Assembly: GCF_006345805.1 (NCBI RefSeq)
Contig: NC_042998.1
Location: forward strand, 35,774,001-35,838,000
Reading direction: 5' to 3'
Source of the DNA: Octopus sinensis
Lineage: Eukaryota
DNA length: 64,000 nt
A program made the translations under genes and the position numbers. The notes under the pieces are model-generated. The model was given only the letters and a program-made list of their open reading frames with translations. It had not been told where the DNA came from and made no database searches. How positions within the stretch are numbered: the first letter of the stretch is position 1; each line of letters starts with the position of its first letter. Positions 1 to 11,942 of the stretch are shown piece by piece.

Positions 1-1257
1 TCAACTTGCTTTAGTATATATATAAGACCCTAAGGTATATGCAGAAATAGTCCTTCACTGTCTTTAAAAAAAATCCCCCCAAAATTCAATGTCTACCTTA
101 GTGATTCCTTGTGAAGTTACAGACCTCTTTCAGTTCTTTTGCAATAGCAGGAATTGAATGATTGTCTCAAGATTGTTTAGCATTAATTTGCGAAGAGAGA
201 AACGTTTTGCTGTATAGGATATTAGTCCAGAAAGAGCTGGTTCATATTTTTTCTATTAGATAAGCAGGGATAATGGAAAACTACTTTCCTCAGAGCACCT
301 GCTGTGGTACCTGAATTTGTGATTTAACGTTCTGCAGGCTAATATCTTGTTCACTAAACTATCTCCTTACCAGTTTCAAAATTTCATCCCCAGATCTGTA
401 GGCCACTAATCTTAGAATTTTAATCAGTTACGCTACATGTGTTACCATATCTGATTAGCTAGCTTTTAACACTGAGAAATATTCTGAATTTAAAGAGAAA
501 AGATTTTGGAAGTAGTCTGAATATAAACATCGTCTGGTTAATCAGTTGGTCTCTCTCTGTTTTCTTATGTTTAGTAATTTTACAGAACATTAAATAATGA
601 GCAGGCATTGATTTTATTTATTTATTTTTCTACATTTAGGTTGATGATAAAATACCTGCTCTAATTTTTTAGTGAGAACTAAACAAATAATGTTTAGCAG
701 TCTCTCCAGTTACTCGCATTGAAAATTGATAGTTTAATTATTGATACCTCTCAACGATAGTGATAAGTGTTGTTTTTTAAAAAATATTTTCAAGAAATGA
801 GAGGAACGTAAACCTGCTACCGTTTCAGTTCTTGTTTTTCATGCGTGAGCATCCATCATTCACTGCATTGGCTGTTGTTGTTGACGAGATGTCGATCTGC
901 TTGCTTACTATTTCAGTACTTCCTTATGTCAATTTAGTGTCTTATTATAGAACGGATATATTTTGATTATATGCTAGACAAACAAATTAAGGAGAAAGCT
1001 GGGAATTGAAGCTCTACTGCTGCCCCTCCTCCTCCCTATTAAGAGTTGCCATTTTCAGGATCATGTGTAAAGAGATGAGTACTTTTTATCCAAATAAAAC
1101 ATTTATTTGCCTAAATTTTATGTGAATTTGGTGATCACAGATAAAGCACTTTTGCATCAGAATTTAATAACATCCCTGAAATTTTTACATACTTTTTGGT
1201 AAGTTTCATTTTTTTGTAGTTTCTAGATTGCACAGTTTCAGCCTTTTACTTCTTTAA

Positions 1258-1875
1258 CCCTTTAGTGTTCAGATAACTCTGTTAAATGTAATACTTTTTC
1301 ACTCAAATTGTTTTGAATTGATCATGCATTATCTTATAGCTTTGAGGTTTCAACGATACTCTTTACTCTCTCTTTACTCTTTTACTTGTTTCAGTCATTT
1401 GACTGCGGCCATGCTGGAGCACCGCCTTTAATCGAGCAACTCGACCCCGGGACTTATTCTTTTGTAAGCCCAGTACTTATTCTATCGGTCTCTTTTGCCG
1501 AACCGCTAAGTGACGGGGACGTAAACACACCAGCATCGGTTGTCAAGCAATGCTAGGGGGACAAACAAACACGCACACACACATATATATATATACATAT
1601 ATACGACAGGCTTCTTTCAGTTTCCGTCTACCAAATCCACTCACAAGGCATTGGTCGGCCTGAGGCTATAGTAGAAGACACTTGCCCAAGGTGCCACGCA
1701 GTGGGACTGAACCCCAGAACCATGTGGTTGGTTAGCAAGCTACTTACCACACAGCCACTCCTTTTATTTTTAGAATGTCAATGAAGGTTAGGTTTGAGAG
1801 GCTAGATATTGCCCATTTGAATATAAAACTTGTAGAATATTTGGGCTGGATATGGCCGGTTTAAACACTAAAGGG
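1258..1875. mobile_element. TTAA/piggyBac-type MITE interrupted by a family B SINE
   Basis: TTAA-CCCTTTAGTGTT...AACACTAAAGGG-TTAA, a perfect 12-bp TIR. An uninterrupted 217-bp copy lies at 42921-43137. Confidence 0.8.
1359..1761 (-). mobile_element. tRNA-headed SINE family B (~400 bp, internal (TA/CA)n, (GAGTAAAA)n tail)
   Basis: Near-identical copies at 17762, 18632, 19533, 30862, 37731, 38222, 42335, 45821, 46633 and 57975. Head GGAGTGGCTGTGTGGTAAG...GGGTTCAGTCCC. Confidence 0.88.
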
Positions 1876-2167
1876 TTAAACCCTTCTTGTTCTGTCAGAA
1901 CATTGTGGTTTTATATACAGCTGTTCTCTTGGTTAAATAAAATTGAGTCTACAAAAAAATTATTTTGAGCATTATATCATTATTTTCTTTCTTTTGTTGA
2001 ATGACTTTGATATCATCCAGAGATTTAATTGTCACAGAGAATGCACTGATGTGGTTGATGTATATGCATGTTAAATGTACTAACTGACAGTTAGAATAAG
2101 TGATGGAAAAGGTGTCACCTTAACCCTCAGAACCCCAGCGGCCACTTTACCGGCTGCCATGTTGTAC

Positions 2168-2537
2168 TCATCATCATCGTTTAACGTCCGCTTTCCATGT
2201 TAGCATGGGTTGGACGATTTTGACTGAGGGCTGGCGAACCAGATGGCTGCACCAGGCTCCAATCTTGATTTGGCAGAGTTTCTACAGCTGGATGCCCTTC
2301 CTAACGCCAACCACTCCGAGAGTGTAGTGGGTGCTTTTTACGTGCCACTGGCATGAGGGCCAGTCAGGCGGTACTGGCAATGACCTCGTTTGAATCTTTT
2401 TACACATGCCACCAGCACAGGTGCCAGTAAGGCAACATTGATAGTGATCATGCTTGAATTGGTGCCCTTTTATGTGCCACCGGCATGAAGCCAATTGGCT
2501 GCTCTGGCAATGATTACGCTTGGATGGTGCTCTTGGC
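2168..2537 (-). mobile_element. RTE-X-like 3' end/SINE ('family A'); representative of about 20 copies in the window (e.g. 3670, 11943, 13690, 21145, 32885, 37400, 43165, 49430, 62505, 63023)
   Basis: Shared GGTTGGCGTTAGGAAGGGCATCCAGCTGTAGAAAC...CCAACCCATGCTAGCATGGAAAGCGGACGTTAAAC(GAT)n end, identical to the 3' UTR of the LINE at 27053. Confidence 0.88.
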
Positions 2538-4285
2538 ACCCTACCCCAACTGGTCCTATTCCAGCCGCCAACTGCAGATATGAATACCCCAGTGGCCGCT
2601 TTACTGGCTGCCATGTTGTACTGTTTACAAATACCCCAGCAGCCACTATTCCGGTTGTTAGCCACAGATACAAATATCCCAGCGGCTGCTTTACCAGCCA
2701 GTATTTTCTGTATTGGAAAACCAAACGGTAACTGCTGGGTTGACTGGCACCACAAATGCCAGTATTGGCGATAAAACAAACAAAAAAAAAAGCAAGGACA
2801 ATGTTGCCATCTATTTGGCATTTTATTTCAGTATGAGAGACAGAAAACCCATTTAATGACACTGAAACAATATTAGGTGGGAAATCATTATTTTGGCTCT
2901 TTTACCCAGGGAACCTGGGGTGAGGGTGTCAAGGACACTCGGTATCTGGGGTTCAAAGGACTGTTGGCTTTCTTTCCTGGCTGGCCATGCTTGCCTCATA
3001 ATCGGGAGCCTTTCTGTATAAAGGAGTAATTGTTGATCTGGCCCATGATGGTGTGTTTTCAAGTGTCAACAATTACAACACGTTTTTTTAGGGATGTGAT
3101 TAATATAAATATAGTCCTGTGCCCTACCAACTGGTCACTCCACTCCTATTCTGAGGAAACAGTGCATCATTAAGAACAAGTCTTATGAAGTTTATGATTG
3201 AAAATTGATAGGCAACTTAAAAGCATAATACAAATTAACCCTTATATAAATGGTATCCAAATTAGGGTTCAGCACCAAATTATTTATCAGTTCTGTATGT
3301 ATAATTAAATTTAGGTTGGGTGTGGGCTGTAAGCAGTCTTCTACTTCCTCCTGGAGCTTATTGGCCTTTACCAAAATTTGAGACCAATATTTTGGTCCCT
3401 GTTTTAAGGTGGTACTGCTAGCAGAATCGTTACCATTCTGTGCAAAATGCTTAGCAGCATTTTGTTTGTCTTTATATTCTGAGTTCAAATTTCACCAAGG
3501 TCGACTTTGCCTTTCTTCTTTTGGGGTCAGTAAAATAAGTACCAGTTAAGCACTGGGGTCAATGTAATCAACTTACCCTGACTCCTGAATTGCTGGCCTT
3601 GTGCCAAAATTTGAAACCAGTATTTTGGTCCCTGTTTAGTTTTGCAAAATATTTTACTGTATATTGTTTCATCATCATCATTTAATGTCTGCTTTCCATG
3701 TTGGCATGGGTTGGACAGTTTGACTGAGGACTTGTAAGCCAGAAGGCTGCACCAGGCTCCAATCTAATCTGGCAAGGTTTCTACAGCTGGATGCCCTTCC
3801 TAATGCCAACCACTCCGAGAGTGTAGCAGGTATTTTTTACATGCCACCAGCATGGGAGCCAGTCAGGTAGTACTGGCATCGACCATGCTTGAATGGTGCT
3901 TTTTATGTGCCACCGTCACGGGAGCCAGTCAGGTGGCACTGGCATCAGCCACGTTCAAATGGTGCTTTATTTGCCTTTGCTGTTTTAATTCACACTCGTT
4001 TGATTTCAAATCCTGCAAAGTGTAGATAAAATAGCCCTTAACCATGTTGATTGAGAGGGACCGATGTTTAATTGATTGCATCAACTACATATCCCTCCCT
4101 CTCAGATTTATGATGTGCCAGTCTTAAAAACCATTATTATTGTTGTGATTTTCTTTGGAAGAATTTTGTAGAAACTTTCTATGCTGATGCAGATTGGTTT
4201 GTTGTACTTTATGACATTTTGAAGATACTGGTTACTAATAAACACAGCTTAAAGATGACTTATTTTAATATAGCCATGGACTTCA

Positions 4286-4337
<52 letters not shown>

Positions 4338-4420
4338 TGGGGTACTTAGTTGTGCTCATGACTTAGTGTTTGCTTCTTCCTTGAGTATGAGTAAGTATCT
4401 CCTTTATTTCTTTTGCCACA

Positions 4421-4477
4421 TGTATCACTGACGAAGAGAGGGCTCTTAGTAGCTAACTCTGAAATCGGTCCGATATG
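4421..4477 (+). ncRNA. Type I hammerhead-like motif, second family, slightly decayed
   Basis: UGUAUCA-CUGACGA-AGAG...CUCU-GAAA-UCGG-UC-CGAUAUG. Stem I has 6 pairs after one mismatch next to the core. Confidence 0.55.
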
Positions 4478-5562
4478 GTAATAATGGAATTTTTTAGAAA
4501 TGTCTGTCAACCTTTTTTCGAGTAGCGTGCGTATTGTGAAAAAATTATATGGTTAATGGACAATATGTCCAATTTTTCGGCATATTTGGCATTAGAAATC
4601 TTTTCCTTTGCCCTCATTTATGAATTATATATATATAATACAAATAAGAAAATGGAGAAACAAATTTAGTTTGTTCATCAACTTACGGATATTATAATGT
4701 TAGATTATTTATTCATTTTTACAAATGAGAACATCAAATGCATAAAATATATTACATAAATCAATAGATAAGATAATAATACAAATACAGATTTTAAAAG
4801 TCATATTATAAATTATTGAAATCCAGAAATTACTTCTTACAGCTGTTTCAGCCTATAATGATACCCCATAGTGAGTTACACCCATAACCCCTATCTTAAT
4901 TTGTACTATATATATACATATATATATATAAATGTTTGTTTTTTATGTTATAATAAAAACAACTTTACATTAATCTAATGGGTCACTCCATACTTTTGTA
5001 GAGCACAAATTTATTATTCTTAGACAAGAGAATTTTTGTTTAAGTATAATATATATATATATATATATAGTGTGTGTGTGCGTAGAGAGAGAGAGAGGGG
5101 GGTAATTATAATTGGCTTTCTCTTCATTGTTTTACATGCTTCTCTTTGTTGCCATTGATTAGACAAATTAGTAAAGTCTGAGTCAGTTTTTATTTTTAGC
5201 TCCTTTCTTGACATTTTCAAAATATTTCATCTGCACTTTCATTTTTGGCATTGTTTCCATGGCTGGGGGCCCTTTCTCTCTCTGACCACTTTGCAGATTG
5301 TGAAAAGCGCTCTTTATCATGATGCAGCATAACAAGGTCATCTTATCCTTGACAAAAACTAAAGGGAATCCTCTTTTCTCTGCATTGTCTTTGTTCATTC
5401 CTTTCCTTCACATACAACCATTTTCTGTCTTGTCACAAGCACCAGAAAAATAGCCGGCAACTGGGCCACTGCATCAGTTGTTATTCTTACTGCTTACAGG
5501 TCAACATGTTAGGTTTGCTGCCAAAAAGGGTTTTGTGCTACCAGGAGGTTCATAGCAGCAAC

Positions 5563-5855
5563 AGTGGAGGCGCAATGGCCCAATGGTTAGGGCAGTAGAC
5601 TCGTGGTCGGAGGATCGCAGTTTCGATTCCCAGACCGGGCGTTGTGTGTGTTTATTGAGCGAAAGCACCTAAAGCTCCACGAGGCTCCAGCAGGGGGGAG
5701 GGGTGGCAACGCCTGTTGTACTCTTTCTCTCACTCTTTTCTTCCTGTTTCTTGTCCCCAACTTCCTACGCAACCGCTGAGCCTGGATGTGCATTAATCCA
5801 TCTGTTGATGCTCTCGGTGTTGGGGGTTGACCGGCTTTCTCTTCTGTGGGTCTTA
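5563..5855 (+). mobile_element. tRNA-headed SINE family D
   Basis: GGCGCAATGGCCCAATGGTTAG...GTTTCGATTCCCAG head. A related copy lies at ~31905-32175. Confidence 0.7.
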
Positions 5856-8800
5856 CGAATAGCAAAGGACCACGTTTCGGACTTCTCCCAAGAGGACGAA
5901 GACCGCTTCGCTCAACAGCATAGCAGCAACAATGACCAGTGAATTTAGTATAAGGCTTACTCTATTCAAGTACATAAGGGCAACCCAGTGGTATGGTAGG
6001 GAGTTTTACAGAAAGATAGCTCAATATGCCCCTAAATATCATGTCTGAGTTATTGTGAGGACTTCCTTTGAGGCCCATCATAGATCAAAACTACCCAATT
6101 CATTGTTTTTGTTTTGTAACTTACTTTATTGATCCACCATCATGAGGAATTCTGTACATTATTTACATTGGACGGATATGTGTCCTCAACTTGTTTGTTG
6201 TTAAACGTTGGGCTTCACAGAGGCAATGATAAAAGACCAAGGCCTCTAGAGATATGCTGTGACTGAGAAGACCCGGCAAATAAAGTGAGTTCACAGCTGT
6301 AACCTACATCAGTGTTGCATAACCAGCCCACTCAAAAATACTCTTGGATCGTAGGGCGACATGCCGTGCTTGAGGAGACCTATTGAGTCAAGTACATCAA
6401 AAACAAAGTCAAATGGCAATAGTAGTTGTGATCCCCATGCTGGTGGCACATAAAAAGCACCATCTGAACGTGGCCGATGCCAGTGCCACCTTGACTGGTT
6501 TCTGTACCGGTGGCACGTAAAAGAACACCAACTGATTGTGGTCATTGCCAGCCCCTTCTGGCCCCTGTGCTGGTGGCACATAAAAAGCATCCACTATACT
6601 CTCGGCGTGGTTGGCATTAGGAAGGGCATCCAGCTGTAGAAACACTGCCAGATCAGACTGGAGACTGGTGCAGTCTCCTGGCTTCCCAGACTTCAGCTGA
6701 TTTACCCCCAAGATTCTGAGTTCAATTCCAGGCAGTACCTTGAATAAATAATAATATCAGCAAAAAATACCTTAGGAATAAGAACCCAGGGTTGGGTTCA
6801 AAATCCCACCAGGAATGTAAATAATGAAATGTCAAAGCTTCTAAAATTGCATTGTAGAGAAGAGACAATTTAGAATGTAAGGTTTTTAGTTGAATAGTGT
6901 ATTGTTTCAGCCCAGTCTGTGCTGGCAAAATATTAACCTATAATGTTGTAGGCAAAAAATATGTAGTTAGCATTGTACTGTTTTGGCAACTTGCATCACT
7001 CTTGAAAGGCAAATATCCAGAGATATAAAACTCTGTAAATACTGTAGATGTCATCATGTGAACACTGTTTATGCCAAGTTATATTTTTTGGTGTTGAATC
7101 TTAAAAAACTGTGAATGAACAAGGCAGATAATGGTTTACTCGTAACAAGCTTACGGCAAATTATTGACAACGTTCCTCTGGCTATGACATTTAAAATGCA
7201 AAAGCTGTTGTTGCTGTCATTAGTAAATCTTTTAAACAAAAAACATTCTCATCACCAAAAGGAAACTTTCAACGAATTGATTTTTAATAAATCTCTCTAA
7301 CATTTTCCTGGAAGCAATTTTTCCTATGGTGATATATGTAATTTATACAATGTGCAATGACTTTTTAGGTTTAAGATGCTACACTGCAATGCTTGCACTC
7401 GGCATTATACCTTGCTTGCTGATAGCTTGCTCAACTTCATGGTTTAGTGGAAAGCTGAAATGCTCAATCTTATTCTTGAAACCCATCATGCCTCAACAAT
7501 TGGGAAAGCAATAAAACCAGGAACGTGTTGTCAGTAATTACTCGGGGTAGGCAGTTGGTGGCGTTTATGTAGCAAAACCCACAAAAATAAGCGAAACACG
7601 GGCATGCAACCGAGTTGGGGGCAGAATTACTTCTGCCTTTCGAGTGCATAAAGAAAACGTTGTTGTAGGAATGTACGCAGCATGTGTACTACAGCAGTTC
7701 GATGCATAGCTTAAATACTGAGAGGCAGGGGCGTATTATGCCTACCTAATCTACAAAAAAAAAAAGAAAGTATTTTACATTTTATGCATTGTAATCAGAG
7801 TAACCTTCATAATTTTATTGAATTAGGTGCATATTTTGTCGATCTATTTTATTCAGGGTAGGCACTGCCTACCCAGGTGACACGTCCCTGAATAAAACAT
7901 GTTAAATGGGTTTTCAAATGAAATAGTTCTTTTATGTTTTAGTTGTTTTGGTCATTAGATTGTGGCTATGCTGGGGCATCACCTTAAGAATGTTTTAGCT
8001 GAATCAATCGACCCCAGGACTTATTTTTTAAAGCTTGGTACTTATTCTGTCAGTCTCTTTTGTCGAACCTCTAAGTTATGGGGATGTAAACACACCAATA
8101 CTAGATGTCAAGTGGTGGTGGACAGACAAACAAATACACACACACACACACTCTGATATACATATATACATATGCACACAACAAGCTTCCTTCAGTTTCT
8201 ATCTACTAAATCCACTCGCAAGGCTTTGGTTGGCCTGAGGCTATAGTAGAAGACATTTACCCAAGGTGTCGTACAGTGGGACTGAACCCAGAGTCATGTC
8301 GATGGAAAGCAATCTTGTTACTGCACAGCCATGCTTGACAAGTATTTAAAAATTTCTTCACAAAATTTTCTTTTTTATTGTTGTTAGGAAGGACAATTAC
8401 CGGTGGAGTAATGAGACTTGCTCAAGAACACTATAATATTTTAAAATTGCAACATTAAACTATTTAATGATTTATTTCATATTTGAGAGAGATTTTTAGA
8501 ACCATATTAATTAAAACACACAAAAGCTTATCTCTTGAACTTTGTTGATGAAATCTTTTATTAAATTTAGATGCAATTACAAATCTATTGTACAGAACAC
8601 GTCACATGGCGAATGAAATTTAAAAAAAAAACATCAGCAACTGTGTAGGCTGAGTAATAATAAACAGTAATGATTTTACATTTGACGGATATTTGTCCTC
8701 ATCTTGTTTGTTGTTAACACAATGTCATGCAGTGGGATTGAACTCAGAACCATGTGGTTGGGAAACAAGCTTCTCACTGCACATCCACGCCACACTATTA

Positions 8801-9439
8801 CTATGGATGTATTTTATTCTAGTAATGTCTGTCCTTGTTTGTCTCCTCTGTGTTTAGCCCCTTGTGGGTAGTAAAGAAATAGGTATTTCATCTGCCACTA
8901 CGTTCTGAGTTCAAATTCCGCTGCAGTTGACTCTGCCTTTCATCCTTTCAGGGTCAATAAATTAAGTACCAGTTACGCACTGGGGTCAATGTAATCAACT
9001 TAATCTCTTTGTCTGTCCTTGTTTGTCTCCTCTATGTTTAGGGCCACTTTCACATGTGTACCTAAGTAATAATAATAATGAAATTATTGTGCACAGTACT
9101 CAGGTGCACCACAACTCATCAAAGGTATATGTATAGTACATAGAATTATGTACAAATGTCAGGAAAGTGAACGGTGTAGGAGTCATGATGTGCATGTATG
9201 TGTGCGAGCTGGCAGAATCGTTAGGACGCCAGGCGAAATGCATAGCCGTATTTCGTCTGCCATTACGTTCTGAGTTCAAATTCTGCCGAGGTCGACTTTG
9301 CCTTTCATCCTTTCGGGGTCGATTAAATAAGTACCAGTTACGCACTGGAGTCGATGTAATCGACTAATGCCTTTGTCTGTCCTTGTTTGTCCCCTCTGTG
9401 TTTAGCCCCTTGTGGGTAGTAAAGAAATAGATATACATG

Positions 9440-9840
9440 TATGTTTGCATGTGTATGGAGGTGGTGGGGTGGATATCAGGTGTAGTGTTGGTGAATTTCG
9501 GGAAGCATGGAGGTTTTAAAGGGTGCAATGTCTCGACAGCTAACAACTGATACAGGTAGTTTGTTCCATGTTTCAGCAACTCTGAATGTGAAAAAATGTT
9601 TCCAAAAGTCATGGGAGCTGTGCTGTTTTCTGACTTTGTAAGCCTCCCCACGTGTGTTAGACATTAGGTGCTCAAGGTGGTTGTTGGCGCAATGGTTAAT
9701 AATTTTGTGGGTGTTTACCGAGTCTCAGTTCTCAGTTGTCATTATTAAAAAGGAAACGATTTCACCCTTTATATTGCGACCTGCTGTTTTTCAACTGGGT
9801 GTTATGTCCTGTAGTTTTAGAAGGAAGGGGAATGGTTCAT
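9440..9840 (-). mobile_element. CR1-type LINE ORF2 C-terminus, decayed
   Basis: NTRGEAYKV...HFFTFRVAETWNKLP..VV....FK matches the CR1 C-terminal signature. A smaller remnant lies at ~30432-30512. Confidence 0.8.
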
Positions 9841-10617
9841 AAATGGGTCATGACAAATGCTGCTCTGCTCTGTCTTGGAAATATGTTATTTATTCCTCCC
9901 TCACAACTTGACTAGCCCTGATCAAATAGAACTATGATTAACATTCCAGCAGTGACCATCCCATTTATTCAGGAAAGATATAATTAGAACTGTCTTATCA
10001 AATGTCTTCTTTTTCCTTTTTAAGCAGTTAGGGTGTGATTTGAAAGAAATTTCACTGCTTGTTTTATTGGTTCGTTAGTAGAGTAAGTAATTCAGAAATG
10101 ACTCGACTCCAACAAAGAATTGCGACTGAGTCATGGTCTTGACTCATTAGGGGTTTACTTTCTGCTCCACATTGCTAACACCATATTGTAGATAATTAAC
10201 TGGCATCCTGTTGGTTAGGGTGACGAGGATTCTGGTTGATTGGATCAGTGGAACAGCCTGCTCATGAAATTAACATGCAAGTGGCTGAGTACTCCACAGA
10301 TATGCATTCCCTTGATATACTTCTCAGGGAGATTCAGCATGACACAGAATGTAACAAGGCTGGCCCCTTTGAATTATGGGTACAACGCAATATAGCCAGG
10401 TGGATGGACTGGAACAGCATGAAATAAAGGTTCTTGCTCAAGGGCATAATACACTGTTGGGAATTGAACTCTTGACCTTACAATCGTGAGCCTAATACCC
10501 GAGCTGTTAAGCCACACACCTTCGATATAATATATTAACAAATAAGATTTCGGTTGATTGAATAAACACAAATCAATGATTGGGCTTGATATATATTTGA
10601 CTTTACAAGGTGGCAAT

Positions 10618-11205
10618 CTTGCAGAAACGTTAACACGCCAGGCGAAATGCTTAATGGTATTTCGTCGGCCGTTATTCTGAGTTCAAATTCCGCCGAGGTC
10701 GACTTTGCCTTTCATCCTTTCGGGGTCGATAAATTAAGTACCAATTACACACTGGGGTCGATATAATCGACTTAGTCCGTTTGTCTGTCTTTGTTTGTCC
10801 CCTCTGTGTTTAGCCCCTTGTGGGTAGTAAAGAAATAGGTATTTTGTCTGTCGTTACGTTCCGAGTTCAAATTCCGCCAAGGTCAACTTTGCCTTTCATC
10901 CTTTCGGTGTCGATAAATTAAGTATCAGTTACGCACTGGGGTCGATGTAATCGACTTAATCCGTTTGTTTGTTCTTGTTTGTCCCCTCTGTGTTTAGTCC
11001 CTTGTGGGTAGTAAAGAAATAGGTATTTCATCTGCCACTATGTTCTGAGTTCAAATTCTGCTGCAGTTGACTCTGCCTTTCATCCTTTCAGGGTCGATAA
11101 ATTAAGTACCAGTTACGCACTGGGGTCAATGTAATCAACCTAATCTCTTTGTCTGTCCTTGTTTGTCCCCTCTATGTTTAACCCCTTGTGGGTAATAAAG
11201 AAACA
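10618..11205 (+). mobile_element. SINE family C, head plus three tandem ~183-bp body units
   Basis: GTCGACTTTGCCTTTCATCCTTTCGGGGTCGATAAATTAAGTACC core. Units start at 10656, 10838 and 11022. Other copies at 8820, 9206, 49480, 56790-57380 and 61430. Confidence 0.85.
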
Positions 11206-11911
11206 TATATTTGACTGCATAAACGATGGCAGTACCTTAGTACAAAGCGTGGAACTGATATAAGAAGAAATGACTATCAACATACAACACTGGGGAACAC
11301 GATGTTCTTTGAATCTTCAGTTACTCAATGGCTGAAAGTCGTGTTATGTTATGTATAAATATTGATTTCTTTTTGCTAGGCGTAAGAAACTGCTCTGGCA
11401 AATAGCTATAATCAATTAAGTAAACTTCACACACATTATTGGTACAGATTGTATTAAACCGAGAGAACTGAAAGACTAATTTTTAGAGCAGGATTTTCAC
11501 ATAAAGGCCTGAACCAACTCTTGCTGTAAATTTTACTGTATTCAGTCACGCTACAGATATTTTGCGTGTGTGTGCATGTGTGTGTGTGTGTGTGTGTTCT
11601 TTTACTTGTTTCAGTCATTTGATTGTGGCCATGCTACAGTACCACCTTAAGGGGTTCAGTTGAAGAAATCAAACTCAGGATGTATTTTTTTGTAAGCCTA
11701 GTACTTATTCTGTTGGTTTCTTATGCTGAACCACTAATTTTACTGGGATGTAAACACATCAACATCAGTTATCAACCGGTGATTGGGGGGGGGGGGGCAA
11801 ATACAGGCACAAAGGTACACACACACATACATACACACACCGTCCAGTCCCTACCAGCATGGAAGATGGATATTAACTGATGTATGTGTGTAAAATATCT
11901 ATCTATCTATC

Positions 11912-11942
<31 letters not shown>

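Noticed and set aside
5020-5400. Minus-strand ORFs with protein-like composition
   Set aside because: Each frame is broken by stops, no credible splice sites or phase continuity were found, and no family was recognised.
5855-5930. Possible fifth hammerhead on the minus strand (CTGTTGA...GAAACGTGGTC)
   Set aside because: The core has A6 changed to U, stem II does not close at its base, and stem I pairs at only 4 of 6 positions.
10095-10150. TGAGTCA/TGACTCA inverted repeats resembling HHR stem II
   Set aside because: No CUGANGA plus GAAA in the correct arrangement.
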